A stretch of DNA of 60,000 nucleotides from Felis catus. Lineage: Eukaryota. The translations under genes and the position numbers were made by a program. The DNA lies in NCBI RefSeq assembly GCF_018350175.1, contig NC_058383.1, positions 10,108,001-10,168,000 of the forward strand. Direction: 5' to 3'. Shown in pieces: positions 1-13,400 of this stretch (position 1 is the first letter of the stretch; each line of letters opens with the position of its first letter). The notes under the pieces were generated by a model. It saw nothing but the letters and a program-made list of their open reading frames with translations. It was not told the DNA's origin and did not search any database.

Positions 1-54
1 ATATATTTAAAACACATATAATGTACTATAACGGACAGCTATTTGGCTAAGAGC

Positions 55-215
55 AAGAGTCAGCAAACTTCTTACAAGGCCATGTAAGAAATACTTTAGA
101 CTTCGCAGGCTTTTAGGTCTTATGGCAATGACTCAACTCTGCCATTTGAACTCAAAAGCGGCCACAGACAACAAGGAAATCAATAGGCATGGCTGTGTAC
201 TAATTAAACTATACT
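55..215. mobile_element. MER58A-like hAT-Charlie DNA transposon remnant
   Basis: gtcagcaaacttc...actcaactctgccat...aaagcggccacagacaa...ggcatggctgtgt motif chain. Confidence 0.7.
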
Positions 216-461
216 ATCACAGGGAGCAGGCTGAGGGTGTGGTTCATCGAGCCTTGAAAAAGAGGAATGGGTTAAGGAAAGGAAATAAAAGGGGGTAAAG
301 AAAGAGAGACTTTCCATGGATCAACCACAGAGGGCGCCCCTGACGTACTTGCAGCTCAATTCTGAGGAAATAAATTCCTTTATAATTAAGAGACAATCAA
401 GGAAAGAAAAGAAGGAAGTAAATGGTACCTTTTTGTTGTTTTGATTTTCTTCCACACTTAC

Positions 462-537
462 CTCCTTGCTGTCTGTTACAGGAACCCATTTAAATATCCT
501 AAGGGATGTGTCACCCACAGTCACCCACTTTTTCTCC
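462..537 (-). CDS. BCL7B: BCL7B coding exon 2 ([25 protein letters not shown]); gene continues beyond the window's left edge
   Basis: ttcag|G acceptor, GAG|gtaagt donor, 76 nt, phase matches exon 1 (TG+G=Trp); conserved BCL7_N motif. Confidence 0.97.
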
Positions 538-646
538 CTGAAAGAAAGACACTTCTTAAAACCAATAAATAATGAAACAGATTTTCTGTTCATAATGTGA
601 TTTTATACTTCTCAGCAACTTATTCCTTCAATCTTTTACAAATAAC

Positions 647-914
647 TTTTTTTAATGTTTATTTAATTTTGAGGGGGGGCGGATCTGAAGCAGGCTCCAC
701 GCTGACAGCAGAGCATGACAAAGAGCTCAAACTCACCAACCGGGATATCAGAACCTCAGCCCAAGTCAGATGCTTAACTGACTGAGCCACCCAGATGCCC
801 TCCCACCAATTTTTAAATTTATTTTAGTAACCTCTGCACCCAACATGGGGCTCAAACTCATGACCCTGACATCAAGAGTCACATGCTCTTCCAACTGAGC
901 CAGCCAGGCACCCC
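647..914 (-). mobile_element. Two adjacent Can-SINEs in BCL7B intron 1 (approx. 647-800 and 810-914)
   Basis: Can-SINE tRNA-related heads on the minus strand with T-rich tails. Confidence 0.88.
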
Positions 915-1904
915 ACATTCCTTCAATCTTAAATGCCTTCCAAACTTCCTCTCCATCAAATTACACTTTACCTTTTGATGCAAAATCAACCCTTCCAAAA
1001 AGACGTCTCTATCAAATTCCTTTGGGTCCAAACCCTCTACTTGCCTTTCCTCATGTGCAGTGTACCAAAGCCCTTCTTATCTCACTGACGACACCAAGTA
1101 CTGGCACATTTTCACACTCTGGTATCTACCTGGCATTACTTCTTTATTTTCCAAAAATTAATTCAATTCCACTGATGTTTACAAAGCCCTATTATACAAG
1201 ACCCTGCAGAAGACAAAGGATGTGTTAACATACGGTCCTGACCTCAGGAGCACAAAGGAATAAAAAGTCAAGTAAGGAAATCAGTGTAACACATGAAGGT
1301 GATAAGGAAGTTGAGAAGGCTGCAAGACGGTTAAGATGAGGACATCCCCTGGCAAGGAGAACTCCTAGGACCCCTGTGGAACTCTAGGTTGAAACACAAT
1401 TCTGTTTAAAAATAATCACAGGAACAGAACAGGATGCTTCCAAGTCTTACACTGGTTTCTGAAAGAGGTGAAGACTAAGCCATAAAAAGACTGCTTTAAG
1501 GTTTTATCTTACAAAGGAAGTTACTTAAAAAATGAGTTTTCCCCCCATTCTTGAATAAGGACGAGATTATGGACAAGCAGAGTTGGGGAGCCTGAAGTAT
1601 GACTTCTGAAAATTTCAAGTCCAAATGTGAGGTTACAAAAAAAGCAAAAAAAGTAACTGTGTGCCTGCTGATATTGAGAATGCTGTTCAGCAAATAGAAG
1701 AATGAACTACATACTTAAGACATTGAAATTAATTCCTATACAGAGCACTCCACTTTCTCATTTATTCAATAAATATTTGCTACACATGACCCTGTGCTAG
1801 ACCCTGGGCACACAGGGAGCAAGATATACGGTCCCTAGCCTCACAGAGCCTCCATTTCAATTGGAAACAGACACCAAACAACGCATTTCACAGTCGCTTA
1901 ATCA

Positions 1905-1983
1905 TTAGGCTTAAACACATCAAATTTCCACTTGTGTTAAGTTGAAAAGTCAAATATAGGAAATATCTTACAATTCAACCTAA
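1905..1983. mobile_element. MADE2-like 80-bp mariner MITE
   Basis: Degenerate terminal inverted repeats ttaggct...aattcaacctaa, about 80 bp. Confidence 0.6.
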
Positions 1984-2060
1984 TACAATTGAGGAAAGTA
2001 CTATGAAAGGGACCTGATTTAGACTGGGGATTTTGAAAGGTGTCCCTTGAGAAAGCAATT

Positions 2061-2277
2061 AAAAAAAATTTTTTTTAAATGTTTATTTATTTTTGAAAGA
2101 GAGAGACAGAGTGTGAGTTGGGGAGGGGCAGAGAGAGGGGGAGACACAGAATCCAAAGAGGGCTCTAGGCTCTGAGCTGTCAGCACAGAGCCTGACAAGG
2201 GGCTTGAACCCATGAGCCATGAGATCATGACCTGAGCCGAAGTCAGATGCTTAACTGACTGAGCCACCCAGGTGCCC
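2061..2277 (-). mobile_element. Can-SINE (SINEC_Fc) with TSD GAGAAAGCAATT
   Basis: Full-length element; TSD at 2049-2060 and 2278-2289. Confidence 0.93.
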
Positions 2278-3046
2278 GAGAAAGCAATTTTTGAGCAAAT
2301 CTAGTAGTTAACTAGGCAAGGAGGAAGAGAGGGTAGAGAAGGATGCCTGGCAGGACATGGCTCCAGCTGAAAGATGGCCATCAACCCCCAGAAAAAGAGG
2401 GCAGTTTGAACCAGGTGGGTGAGGTAGGAAGGATCATCTTTGACCTAAGAGCAAGAAGGGTTCACTGAAGCGTTGTTTCTTAAGCGGGGGAGTGCTATGA
2501 TAATATTTACACTGGAAAGAAAGTGAAATCACTCTGACTGCAATGTGATGAATGGACTGAGTAATGAGGAAGAGTTGAAGCAAGGAGACCATAGAAGCTA
2601 AGAGTTCCAGGTGAGAGGATGGTCATCTGGCCTAAACTGCAGGTAGGAACAGAAACAGCCAGAAGACAAAGATGTGCCGATTCTTAGGTTTCACCAAAAA
2701 ACCCTAGGATTAGATTTGGAGGGGAAAAGAAATCATTGTTTAACTAGTATGTATGCGTCCCAACTACAATAAAGTCTTTACATATAAAGAGATAAGGAAC
2801 TTAAACTTGAGTAGAAATGAATAAACACGCAAAAGAAAAAAAAATTCCAAGGTAACAACGCCTCTAAAAGGGGGTGGAGGACGAAGGGCTGGAAGTCTCC
2901 CGCTGAGGGAGTTAACCCCTACTTGGGCTTTAAAACTATTACTAGTTGTCAGCTAGAGAAAAGGGCTCATGAACTTGGTGCAACAGTTGTCTGTTAAAGT
3001 TTAATGCGAAAATACATCAAAGTTCCTAATACAAAATAGGCGGTTT

Positions 3047-3218
3047 GGGGTGCTTGAGTGCTCGGTTGAGCCACCGACTGTTGATTTCGGATCAGATCAT
3101 GATCTCCCTGTCTGGCTCTGCGCTGAGTGTGGAGACTGCTTGGGATTCTGTCTACCTCTCTGTCCTTCTCCCCCACTGGCTAGCTCTCTCTAAAAAAAAA
3201 AAAACAAAAAACAAAAAA
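3047..3218 (+). mobile_element. Can-SINE with TSD ACAAAATAGGCGGT
   Basis: Head ggggtgcttgagtgctcggttgagc, A tail; TSD at 3031-3044 and 3219-3232. Confidence 0.9.
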
Positions 3219-3419
3219 ACAAAATAGGCGGTCAACCGGCCCTGCAATGAACATTACACCAGCCGTTTCCAAATAAGGGTGGGGTCTCAACTGCTTAACC
3301 AACAAGCTGGCAGCACCAAGAAAAAAACGCCTACCCAGTTGGCTGCGTGTGGACCGGTATCAGGAGAAAGAGAGGGAGTTTGATTCCGATGACCACGCCT
3401 GTTCTCGTGACAGGTAGGT

Positions 3420-4300
<881 letters not shown>

Positions 4301-6637
4301 TCAAGTGGTTTGGATGTCGGCATCTTTGTCCTCTGGCCCGGGTTGCTGCCATTACCTATGCTTTATGCACTTGACCCTGACGGGTGCGGGGTCCTGTTAC
4401 CTCTCCAGTGCCCTCGCTTTTCAGTTATACTGCGGTGCTCTAACCACAGAATTTCACACCTTTCTTCGGGATGCCTTCTGACTTTTGCACACACCTGTTC
4501 CCTACTTGGAAGTTTCTCATTGCTTTACCTGATTAACTGACTACTTACTCGTTTAACCTCCAGCTCAAACTCAGGGAAACCTTCCCCGATATTCTCGGGT
4601 TTCACCTAGCATGCCACATCACTGCCTTATTTAATTCTGCAATCATTAACTGAATGGTGCCTGCCTTGTACAGGGCTCTGTGCTCAATGCAGAGATCGAA
4701 AATCTGGGGTTTTGCCTTCAAAGAGCTTCCAGTTTAGAAAAACCGGTAGACCGGAAAGCAGTCATTTCAAATGTCATTTTATAAATGATAGGCTTAAGGA
4801 AGTTCAAGATGCTATAACAGCCCTAATCTACAGGAAGGGTGTCCAGAGGCTTCTGGGAAACTATAACCTTGAAGCTGACCTCTGAAAATAGGGTACATGC
4901 AATTGCTCCGAGGCCTGTGTCCACAGACATTGTAGAACATGTTCAATAAGTGTTCGGGTGAATGTTTAGTTTTGAGTATAGCTCCCTTGCTCTCCCTACC
5001 CCACCCCCCAACAGGCATTTATTGATGCCTGCAGTATTAATGGGAGGGTCCTATAGTAGCTGTCTCAGGAGACCTGAAGGAAGCAGGTGACAGTTTGCGT
5101 TGATTGGTTGGTAGTGGCTACTTCTCTCACCGCTAAAGAAACTTCCTTCTGTGTGCCCCAGAGAAATGCCTCGCTAACTCTGAACTTGACACAGCCTGAC
5201 TATATTCAGCCTTTCATGATTAACTAACATCATGGCTTGATAAGCATATGCTGTCTTGCTAATGAGAAGCCCACGAATAACGGCTGCCTGACTGAGGAGT
5301 GGAAGAGCTAAAGCAGCATGTGAAGGGAAGGGATGATTCTAGAACTAGTGGAATGAAAGGTGGCACATCTGTTTCTCAAGCCCAAATGATCCAAAATAAT
5401 TCAATGTAAGTGCTGCCTGAGCACCTGTCATATGCCCTATGGCATATAGGACACTGTGATGCCAAGATGAGTAAGACACACTCCCTGCCCTTGAGGTGAG
5501 GATAAGGAAAGCGGTGAGAAAATAAAACAAGGCAGAGCATGGCAAGTGCCGTGAAAGAGGCCAGCTCCCTAGAATTCTCCAATCCCGTTCGGAGGTCCCC
5601 CTGGTTTAAACACACAGCTCAACTCCTGACAGTCATGTCTAACTTCTCTCTCACCCTTGTCCAAGTCCTGGCCAGTCTTCCAGCTGACGTTTCTCACCTA
5701 TTGCTTCTCTCCACTCCAAGGCTGCTACTCCTTCTAGCAGCTCTAGCCTTCTGTGCCCATCTCTCCTCCAGCCCGCCCTGCCAGTCAGCCACCTTCCTCA
5801 GGTCATCCCCTGCTCTGAAGACCCAGTGAGCTCCCTTTTCCTGCCCACATTTGTGCACCTAGCCCTACATTCCCCCACCTCATCTCCACTGGGACTCTTC
5901 CTGCATAAGAGAATGATTAAAGTGAGTACCTACCAACTACTCCCCACAGGCCACACAAATGCCCTCTGTTGACATCCTTTTCTAAAATAAAAAAATAAAA
6001 AATCACACATTGACATTTTTTAGGTGCAAGCCCTGTGCCAGCTGCTGAGGAGGATGCAGAGATGAGTCAGCCCAGCCCAGACCTCTGCCTTGGGCAACTT
6101 ACATTCAAGACAGTGACTTCCTCTCTCAGAGTAAAAGCCACTATGGTGGCCTGCAATGCCCCATCTGTCCCCAGACCTCCTCTTACTAACTCTCTGACTT
6201 CCTCTCCTATAACTCTACCCTTTGCTGTCTCTGCTCCAACGACACTGGCCTTCTTTGCTCATCTGCAAACATCCAGCAAAGTTCCTGCCTCAGGGCCTTT
6301 GCACTGCAGGTCCCTTTACCTGAAACACCCATACCATATATATTTCATGGCTCATTCTCCCACATCCTTCAGTTCTTTACTCAAATGTTATCTTCTCAAT
6401 GCAGCCTTTCTTAGCCACCTGTGGAAGAATGCAGTATCCATCCCCCTGGCACACTCTGTATCCCCCTTCCACAATTGATTTTTCTCCAGAGCATGCATCA
6501 CCACCTGAAACACTATTTTACTTGTCTATCTTGCTTATTATCTATCCTTCCTTTCAGTAGTTCTGTGAAGGTAGCAACATGGTCTGTTTTGTTATGTTCA
6601 CTGATTACCCCTAGTAGCATCTGAAACAAGAGACTGA

Positions 6638-6763
6638 GGGCACTTGGCTGACTCAGTCGGTACGGCATGCGAGTCTTGATCTTGGGGTCATGAGTTCGAG
6701 CCCCATGTTGGGTGTAGAGATTACTTAAAAATAAAATCTTTTTTTTTAAATAATAAAATAAAA
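6638..6763 (+). mobile_element. Short Can-SINE inserted in an L2 remnant
   Basis: tRNA-like head, AT-rich tail, flanking tgaaaca duplication. Confidence 0.85.
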
Positions 6764-7075
6764 TGAAACAGAGCCTGGGACTCAGTAGGTGCTCATTACA
6801 TATTTGTTGAATGAATACCCCACCTCAATGCATCATCTTCCATGAAGCCTTCCCCAGGTCACTCTGAGTAGGAGGAAGGATGTTTCCCTTCCCTGAATCC
6901 CCACAGGACCCTGAATACAGTCTGCATTACACTCAGCAGCAGGGATTTCCAGGACAGGCAAGAGAAGCCACCCTGAGGACCACAGGACACTGGGTGTACG
7001 TCATCCCTCATATGTTCCCAAAGATCCTATGCTTAACCATAATTTGAAGTTCTTGTTCATTTGGTCTTTATTTAC

Positions 7076-7290
7076 TTTTTAAACACTTATTCATTTTTGA
7101 GAGACAGGGAGCAAGAGAAAGAGAGAGAGCAGGGGAGGGGCAGAGAGACAGAGGCAGACACAGAATCCGAAGCAGGCTCCAGGCTCTGAGCTGTCAGCAC
7201 AGTCTGACACGGACTCGAACTCATGAACCGTGAGATCATGACCTGAACCGAAGTCAGATGCTTAGCTGACTGAGCCACCCAGGTGCCCCT
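7076..7290 (-). mobile_element. Can-SINE (SINEC_Fc)
   Basis: Typical aggctccaggctctgagctgtcagcac body. Confidence 0.92.
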
Positions 7291-7430
7291 CATTTGCTCT
7301 TTATTATCTGCTATCCCCTGGAGCATCAGCCCTGGGAGGATGGGGACCCCGTGCTCAAGTCCACCATTACATCCCTAATGCCTAGCACGACACTTACGAC
7401 AGGAGAGGTACTTACTAAAGAGTGATGGAG

Positions 7431-7477
7431 AATGAATGAATGAATGAATGAATGAATGAATGAATGAATGAATGAAT
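7431..7477. repeat. (AATG)n microsatellite
   Basis: Direct tetranucleotide run. Confidence 0.95.
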
Positions 7478-9282
7478 GCCATTCTTTCCCAGCAGACTCT
7501 CTTCAGGGCCCACCATCCACCGTGTTCTCCCTCTCTGCCCTGTCCACGTGACCTGTAGAGCACCCCACTTTCCCTGTCAGAGTGACATAGCCCCACCGCA
7601 GCACTCCGGCTCCCTCAACCAGCACATGTACCTACGACCCAGCACACTCGCGACGACTGTGGCTCTTCTAAAATCCTTTCTGTGGCTCCCCATTGCCTCG
7701 GTGCAAACTTACACTGTGGCATTACTCAGGTCCCCCGATATGACCTTGGTCACAGGGAAACAAGAATGCTAGGAGAGAGAAGCTGGGGTCAGAATCCCAG
7801 CTCAGCCACACACTTGTGTCATGGCTTTGCCATAGTCACCTAATCACTCTGAATCCCAGTTTCGTCTAGGTTTTTGTTTTACTTTTCTGTGAAGTGAGTT
7901 CGCTAACGACGGCTCTGTACCTCACAGGGTTGTTCTGAGGATCTGGTGAGAGTGGATGAACTTGGGAAAGTACAAAGTGCCTTGCAGGCAGAAATGCTTT
8001 TCAGTTTCCAGTGCCACTGCTCTGCCTGTACTTAGTTCCAGCTAAACAAGACGTGTTCCCCGTTCCCTGCACAGACGTCGCACATTCCCAGCTCTGTGTG
8101 ATGACTCACACTGCCTCTCCCCTGAGCAACGTTGCTCTCTCTCTCTCTCTGAACCTGCTTACCGCCCTCCTTTTGAAATGCCCACCTCTCAAGACTCACC
8201 TCCTCCACTGCGGTCCTCGAAGCATGTAATCCCACCCTTGCTCGGACCCCCAGGGCACTGGGTTCACCTCTGTCGGTCCCCTCCTTTTATTTTACCTTCT
8301 GGAAAGCTGAGATCCTCACCAGGCTGCTTCAGTGGAGGACAGGGCCCGAGGAACCTGGTGATGCCCATGGTTCCAGCCTAGAACCCTGAGTGCCCATCTC
8401 CCATGCTGGTATGTGCGAGAACCTGTTTGAAGACAGGCCTCGAGGAGGAAGAGCCTGAACTATGCTGGAGTTCTTCTCCCTTCCCTCCATCTTGGGTTGT
8501 GTTACAAGCCCTGTTGAGAGAGAAGACAGAGGACCAGGATCAGGGTGGTCTTTCTGTGAAAGGCACTTTGCAGCTGTACTCCCCTACAAGGCCACAGAGG
8601 CCCAAGAACCAGTCCTGAGGCATAAGGGAAACCTACGAGTGCTTGTGAAGGACTCCCCATGCCTTTGTAAGCTGGGACAGTGAACTGGAATTCCTTGAGA
8701 GGTTGTATGGGCTAAACATGGGAGGTTCAAGAAGGACTTGAAAATATTCACAGGCGGTGGGTCCCTCATGCATTGCTAATGAGCAGTGCCAGGAAGTGAG
8801 AAACAAGAGTACAGCCAGCAGTGAGGAGCTTCGCACCGTGGGAGCGCTCTCCTTTCTCTCTCCCGGCCATCCTGGGGGCGGCTCTGGGTTGGGGCCGGCC
8901 GCACCTAAGGCAGGAAGCCGGTGGCTGCAAAGGAGATGAAAAAGTCGCCGGAGTCAATCAGCTCTAGGCTCCAGCTTGTCATGGAAAGTGGGATGTACTT
9001 GCCAGGGTACGAGCTGACTGAAAATGATCAGACGTGGCGAAGGGGAACTGGGCACCCTCGCCGACAACTGCCCAGCCTTGAGGAAACCTGAAAGAGAATA
9101 CTGGGCCATGTTGGCCACAACGACGGCGGCAACAATGCTGAGCTGGGCACGGCTTGTGGGAGATACGAGAGTTTGCACGCTGGCTATCACTGATCCAGGT
9201 GATTCTGACGTCATTAGAAGCATGCCAGAAGAGACTGGTGGAAAGTCAATCACACAAAATTTCTCTTTAATAAAACTGGCCA

Positions 9283-9455
9283 GGGCGCCTGGGTGGCTCA
9301 GCGGTTACGCGCCTGACTCTTGGTTTCGGCTCAGGTCACCATCCGGCGGTTTGTGGGCTTGAGCCCCACGTCGGGCTCTGCGTCGACACTGCAGAGCCTG
9401 CTTGGGATTTTCTCTCGCCCTCTCTGCCCCTTCCCTGCTTGTGTGTATGCATGTG

Positions 9456-9493
<38 letters not shown>

Positions 9494-9520
9494 ATAAAGA
9501 TATTAAAAAAAAAAAAAAAA
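9283..9520 (+). mobile_element. CpG-rich Can-SINE with TSD AAAACTGGCCAG
   Basis: Head gggcgcctgggtggctcagcgg, (CT)n, poly-A, TSD. Confidence 0.92.
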
Positions 9521-10421
9521 ACTGGCCAGAGCCCATTAAAAAAAAAAAAAAAAAAAACAGAAAAGAAAAAAGAATACAGCCAGTGAGGGCTAGACAGAGG
9601 CAGAGAGGGTCCAGTGCTGCCCCCAACTGTGATGACTACTCCTCCCTCCCCCCCTCAAGAAACTTGTTAAAATGCAGATCCCTGGACCCTGTCTCCAAGG
9701 TTTTAATCTCCGTAGTTCTGTGATACAGCTTGGGCACATGTATTTTATTCTCATTATATTTATCTTAATATATAACACATCCACCTGCTGGAAAATTAAA
9801 AGGTTACAATGATGTTAGTAATTTTGAAGCTGGGTGATGGGTACATGGGGTTCGTGACCCTGTTCTCCCTCCTTTCATTATACTCTGAAACTGTCTATAA
9901 TAAAACATTTTTGTAAAGATACGCAGTGAAGTTCAAAGGTTAAAACAATAAAGCAAGTCCCTCCCTTTCCTACAGTCACCTTGTGGTCACCCTGTTCCTC
10001 ACTGCCTCACCTTCCAGAGACAGTCTACACCCATGGTCTCAACCTGGATGCACCTGGGAAGTTTCAACATGTATTGAAGCCTACTCTCCACACACACACA
10101 CACACACACACCCCAGTCCCCACCCCCCCTCCAGAGATACTGATTTAAGAGTCTGCAGCCTGGACATTGGGGCTTGTTTGGTAAGCTTTCCAGATCCCTC
10201 TAAAGTATGGCCAAGATTGAGAGCTACTGGTCCACACAGTTATGAACACACATACAAAAGTACATATTCCTTTGTTTTTCCACACAAATTATAGCACACT
10301 CTATGCATTATATTCTACTTTGATTTGATTTTACCTAATATACCATTGTATTTGTTTTCTGTTGCAGTGGTGGCAAATGACAACAAACTTACTGGCTTAA
10401 ATAGCGTAAGTGTATTGTCTT

Positions 10422-13400
10422 TTCTTTTTCCCCCATGATAAGTGTATTCGTTAATCCCCATCATCTACTTCACCCATCCCCTACCAACCTCCCTTCTGGT
10501 AACCAGCAGTTTGTCCCCCCATAGTTAAGAACCTGTTTCTTGGTTTGTCTCTCTTTTCCCTTTGTTCATTTGCTTTCTTAAATTCCACATATGAGTAAAA
10601 TCATTTGGTATTTGTCTTTCTCTGATGGAGTTATTTTGCTTACCATTATACTCTAGCTCCATCCGTGTCATTACAAATGGCAAGACTTCTTTTTTATAGC
10701 TGAATAATATTCCATTATATATGATATATATCATATATATATGTATGATATATATGTGTGTGTACGTGTATAATATATACATACACATATATAGCATCTT
10801 CTTTATCCATTCATCAATCAGTGGACACTTGGGCTTCTTCCATATCTTGGCTATATGTAAATAATGATGCTATAAACATCAAGGTGCATGTGTCCCTTTG
10901 AATTAGTGTTTTTGTATTGTTTGGGTAAATACCCAGCTGTGTGATTACTGGATCGTAGGGTAGTTCTATTTTTCATTTTTCGAGGAACATCTCTGTATTA
11001 TTTTCCAGAATGGCTGCACCAGTTTCTATTCCCACCAACAATGTGCAAGGGTTCCTTTTTCTCCACACCCTTGCCAACACCTGTTGTTTCTTGTGTTGTT
11101 GATTTTAGCCATTCTGAAAGGTGTGAGGTGACATCTCATTGTAGTTTTGAGTTACATTTCCCTGATGATGAGTGATGTTGGCCATCTGTATATCTTCTTT
11201 GGAGAAATGTCTGCTCACGTCTCCTGTCTATTTTAAAATTGGATTACTTGGTTATTTGGTGTTAAGCTGTCAAAGTTCTTTATGCATTTTGGATACTAAC
11301 CCTTTATCAGATATGTCATTTGCAAATATTTTCTCCCATTCAGTAGGTTGTCTTTTAGTTTTGTTGTTTCCTTTGTTGTGCAGAAGCTTTTTTTTTTTAA
11401 GATTTTTTTAATGTTTATTTGTTTGTGAGACAGAGAAAGACAGAGTTTGAAGGGGGGAGGGTCAGAGAGAGGGAGATACAGAATCCGAAACAGGCTCTGG
11501 GCTCTGAGTTATGAGCACAGAGCCCGACATGGGGCTCGAACTCACAGACGGTGAGATCATGACCTGAGCCGAAGTCTGACGCTTAACCGACTGAGCCATC
11601 CAGGCGCCCCAGAAGCTTCTTATTTTGATGTAGTCCCAATAGTTTATTTTTGCTTTTATTTCCTTTGCCTAAGGAGACATACCTAGAAAAATGTTGCTGT
11701 AGCTTATGTCAGAGAGATCACAGCCTGTGCTCTCTTCAAGGATTTTTTTTTTTTTTTGGAAAATTGTTTAAAGTTTATTGATTTGTTGTGTGAGAGACAC
11801 AGCGGGGGCTGGGGGGCAGAGAGGGAGAGAATCCCAAGCAGGCTCCACCCTGTCAGCACAGAACCTGACATGGGGCTCGAACCCATGAATCGTGAGATCA
11901 TGACCCAAGCCTAAATCAAGAGTTGGATGCTTAACCAACTGAGCCATCCAGGCATGCCTCTCTTCAAGGATTTTTATAGTTTCAGGTCTCAATCCATTTT
12001 GAGTTTACTTTTGTTTGATTTTTTAAATGTTTATTTATTATTTTGAGAGACAGAGAGAGACAGAGTATGAGCAGGGGAGGGGCAGAGAGAGAGGAAGACA
12101 CAGAATCTGAAGCAGGCTCCAGGCTCTGAGCTGTCAGCACAGAGCCTAACGAAGGGCTGGAACTCACAAACTGTGAGATCATGACCTGAGCCAAAGTCAG
12201 AGACTTAACTGACTGAGCCACCCAGGTGCCCCAATTCTGAGTTTATTTTTGGTGTAAGAAAGTGGTCCAATTTCATTCTTTTTCGTGTAGCTGTCTAGTT
12301 TTTCCAACACTATTTGTTGAAGAGATTGTCTTTTTCCTACTGCATATTCTTGACTCTTTTGTTGAAGATTAATTGACCATATAATTGTGGGTTTGTTTCT
12401 GGACTTTCTATCTTGTTCCATTGATCTATGTGTCCATTTCTGTGCCAATACCATACTGTTTTCATCACTGCAGCTTTGTAGTATAACTTGAAATTTGGAA
12501 TTGTGATACCTCCAGCTTCGTTTCTTTTTCAAGATTGTTTGGCTATTTGGAGTCTCTTGTGGTACCATACAAATTGTACGATTATTCTAGTTCTGTGAAA
12601 AATGCTGTCGGTATTTTGATAGGAATTACATTAAATCTGTAGATTTCTTTAAAAAAAATTTTTAATGTTTATTTATATTTGAGAGAGAGAGAGAGTGTGT
12701 GAGCTGGGGAAGGGCAGAGAGAGAGGGAGACACAGAATCCAAAGCAGGCTCCTGGCTCTGAGCTGTCAGCACAGAGACCAACGCAGGGCTCAAATTTGTG
12801 AACTGTGAGATCATGATCTGAGCCAAAGTCAGACACTTAAAGGAGTGAGCCATCCAGGCACCCCTAAATCTGTACATTTCTTTAGGTAGATGTACATTTT
12901 AACAATATTTGTTCTTCCAATACATGAGTATGGAATATCTTTCCATTTTTTAAATGTTTATTTATTTTTGAGAGAGAGAGAGAGCAGGGGAGGGGCAGAG
13001 AGAGAAGAAGACACAGAATTTGAAGCAGGCTCCTGGCTCTGAGCTGTCAGCACAGCTGACAACGCCTGGTCTGAACCCATGAACAGCAAGATCATGACCT
13101 GAGCCAAAGTCGGACGCTTAACTAACTGAGTCACCCAGGTGCCCCTATCTTTCCATTTTTTTGTGTGTGTTATCTTGAATTTCTTTCATCAGTGTTTTAT
13201 AATTTTCAGAGTACAGGTCTTTAACCTTCTTGGTTAAGTTTATTTCTATGTGTGCGATTATTTTCAGTGCAATTGTAAATGGGATTGCTTTCTTAATTTC
13301 CCTTTCTATTGCTTTATTAGTGTATAGAAATGCAATGGAATTCTGTACACTGATTTTGTATCCTGTGACCTTACTGAATTCATTTATCAGTTCTAATAGT

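Noticed and set aside
6638..6712. tRNA gene-like sequence
   Set aside because: It is the tRNA-derived head of a Can-SINE with A tail and flanking duplication, not a functional tRNA
8954..9253. 99-aa minus-strand ORF as a standalone gene
   Set aside because: Non-ATG start and no recognisable homology; the region is kept only as a CpG/CRE finding
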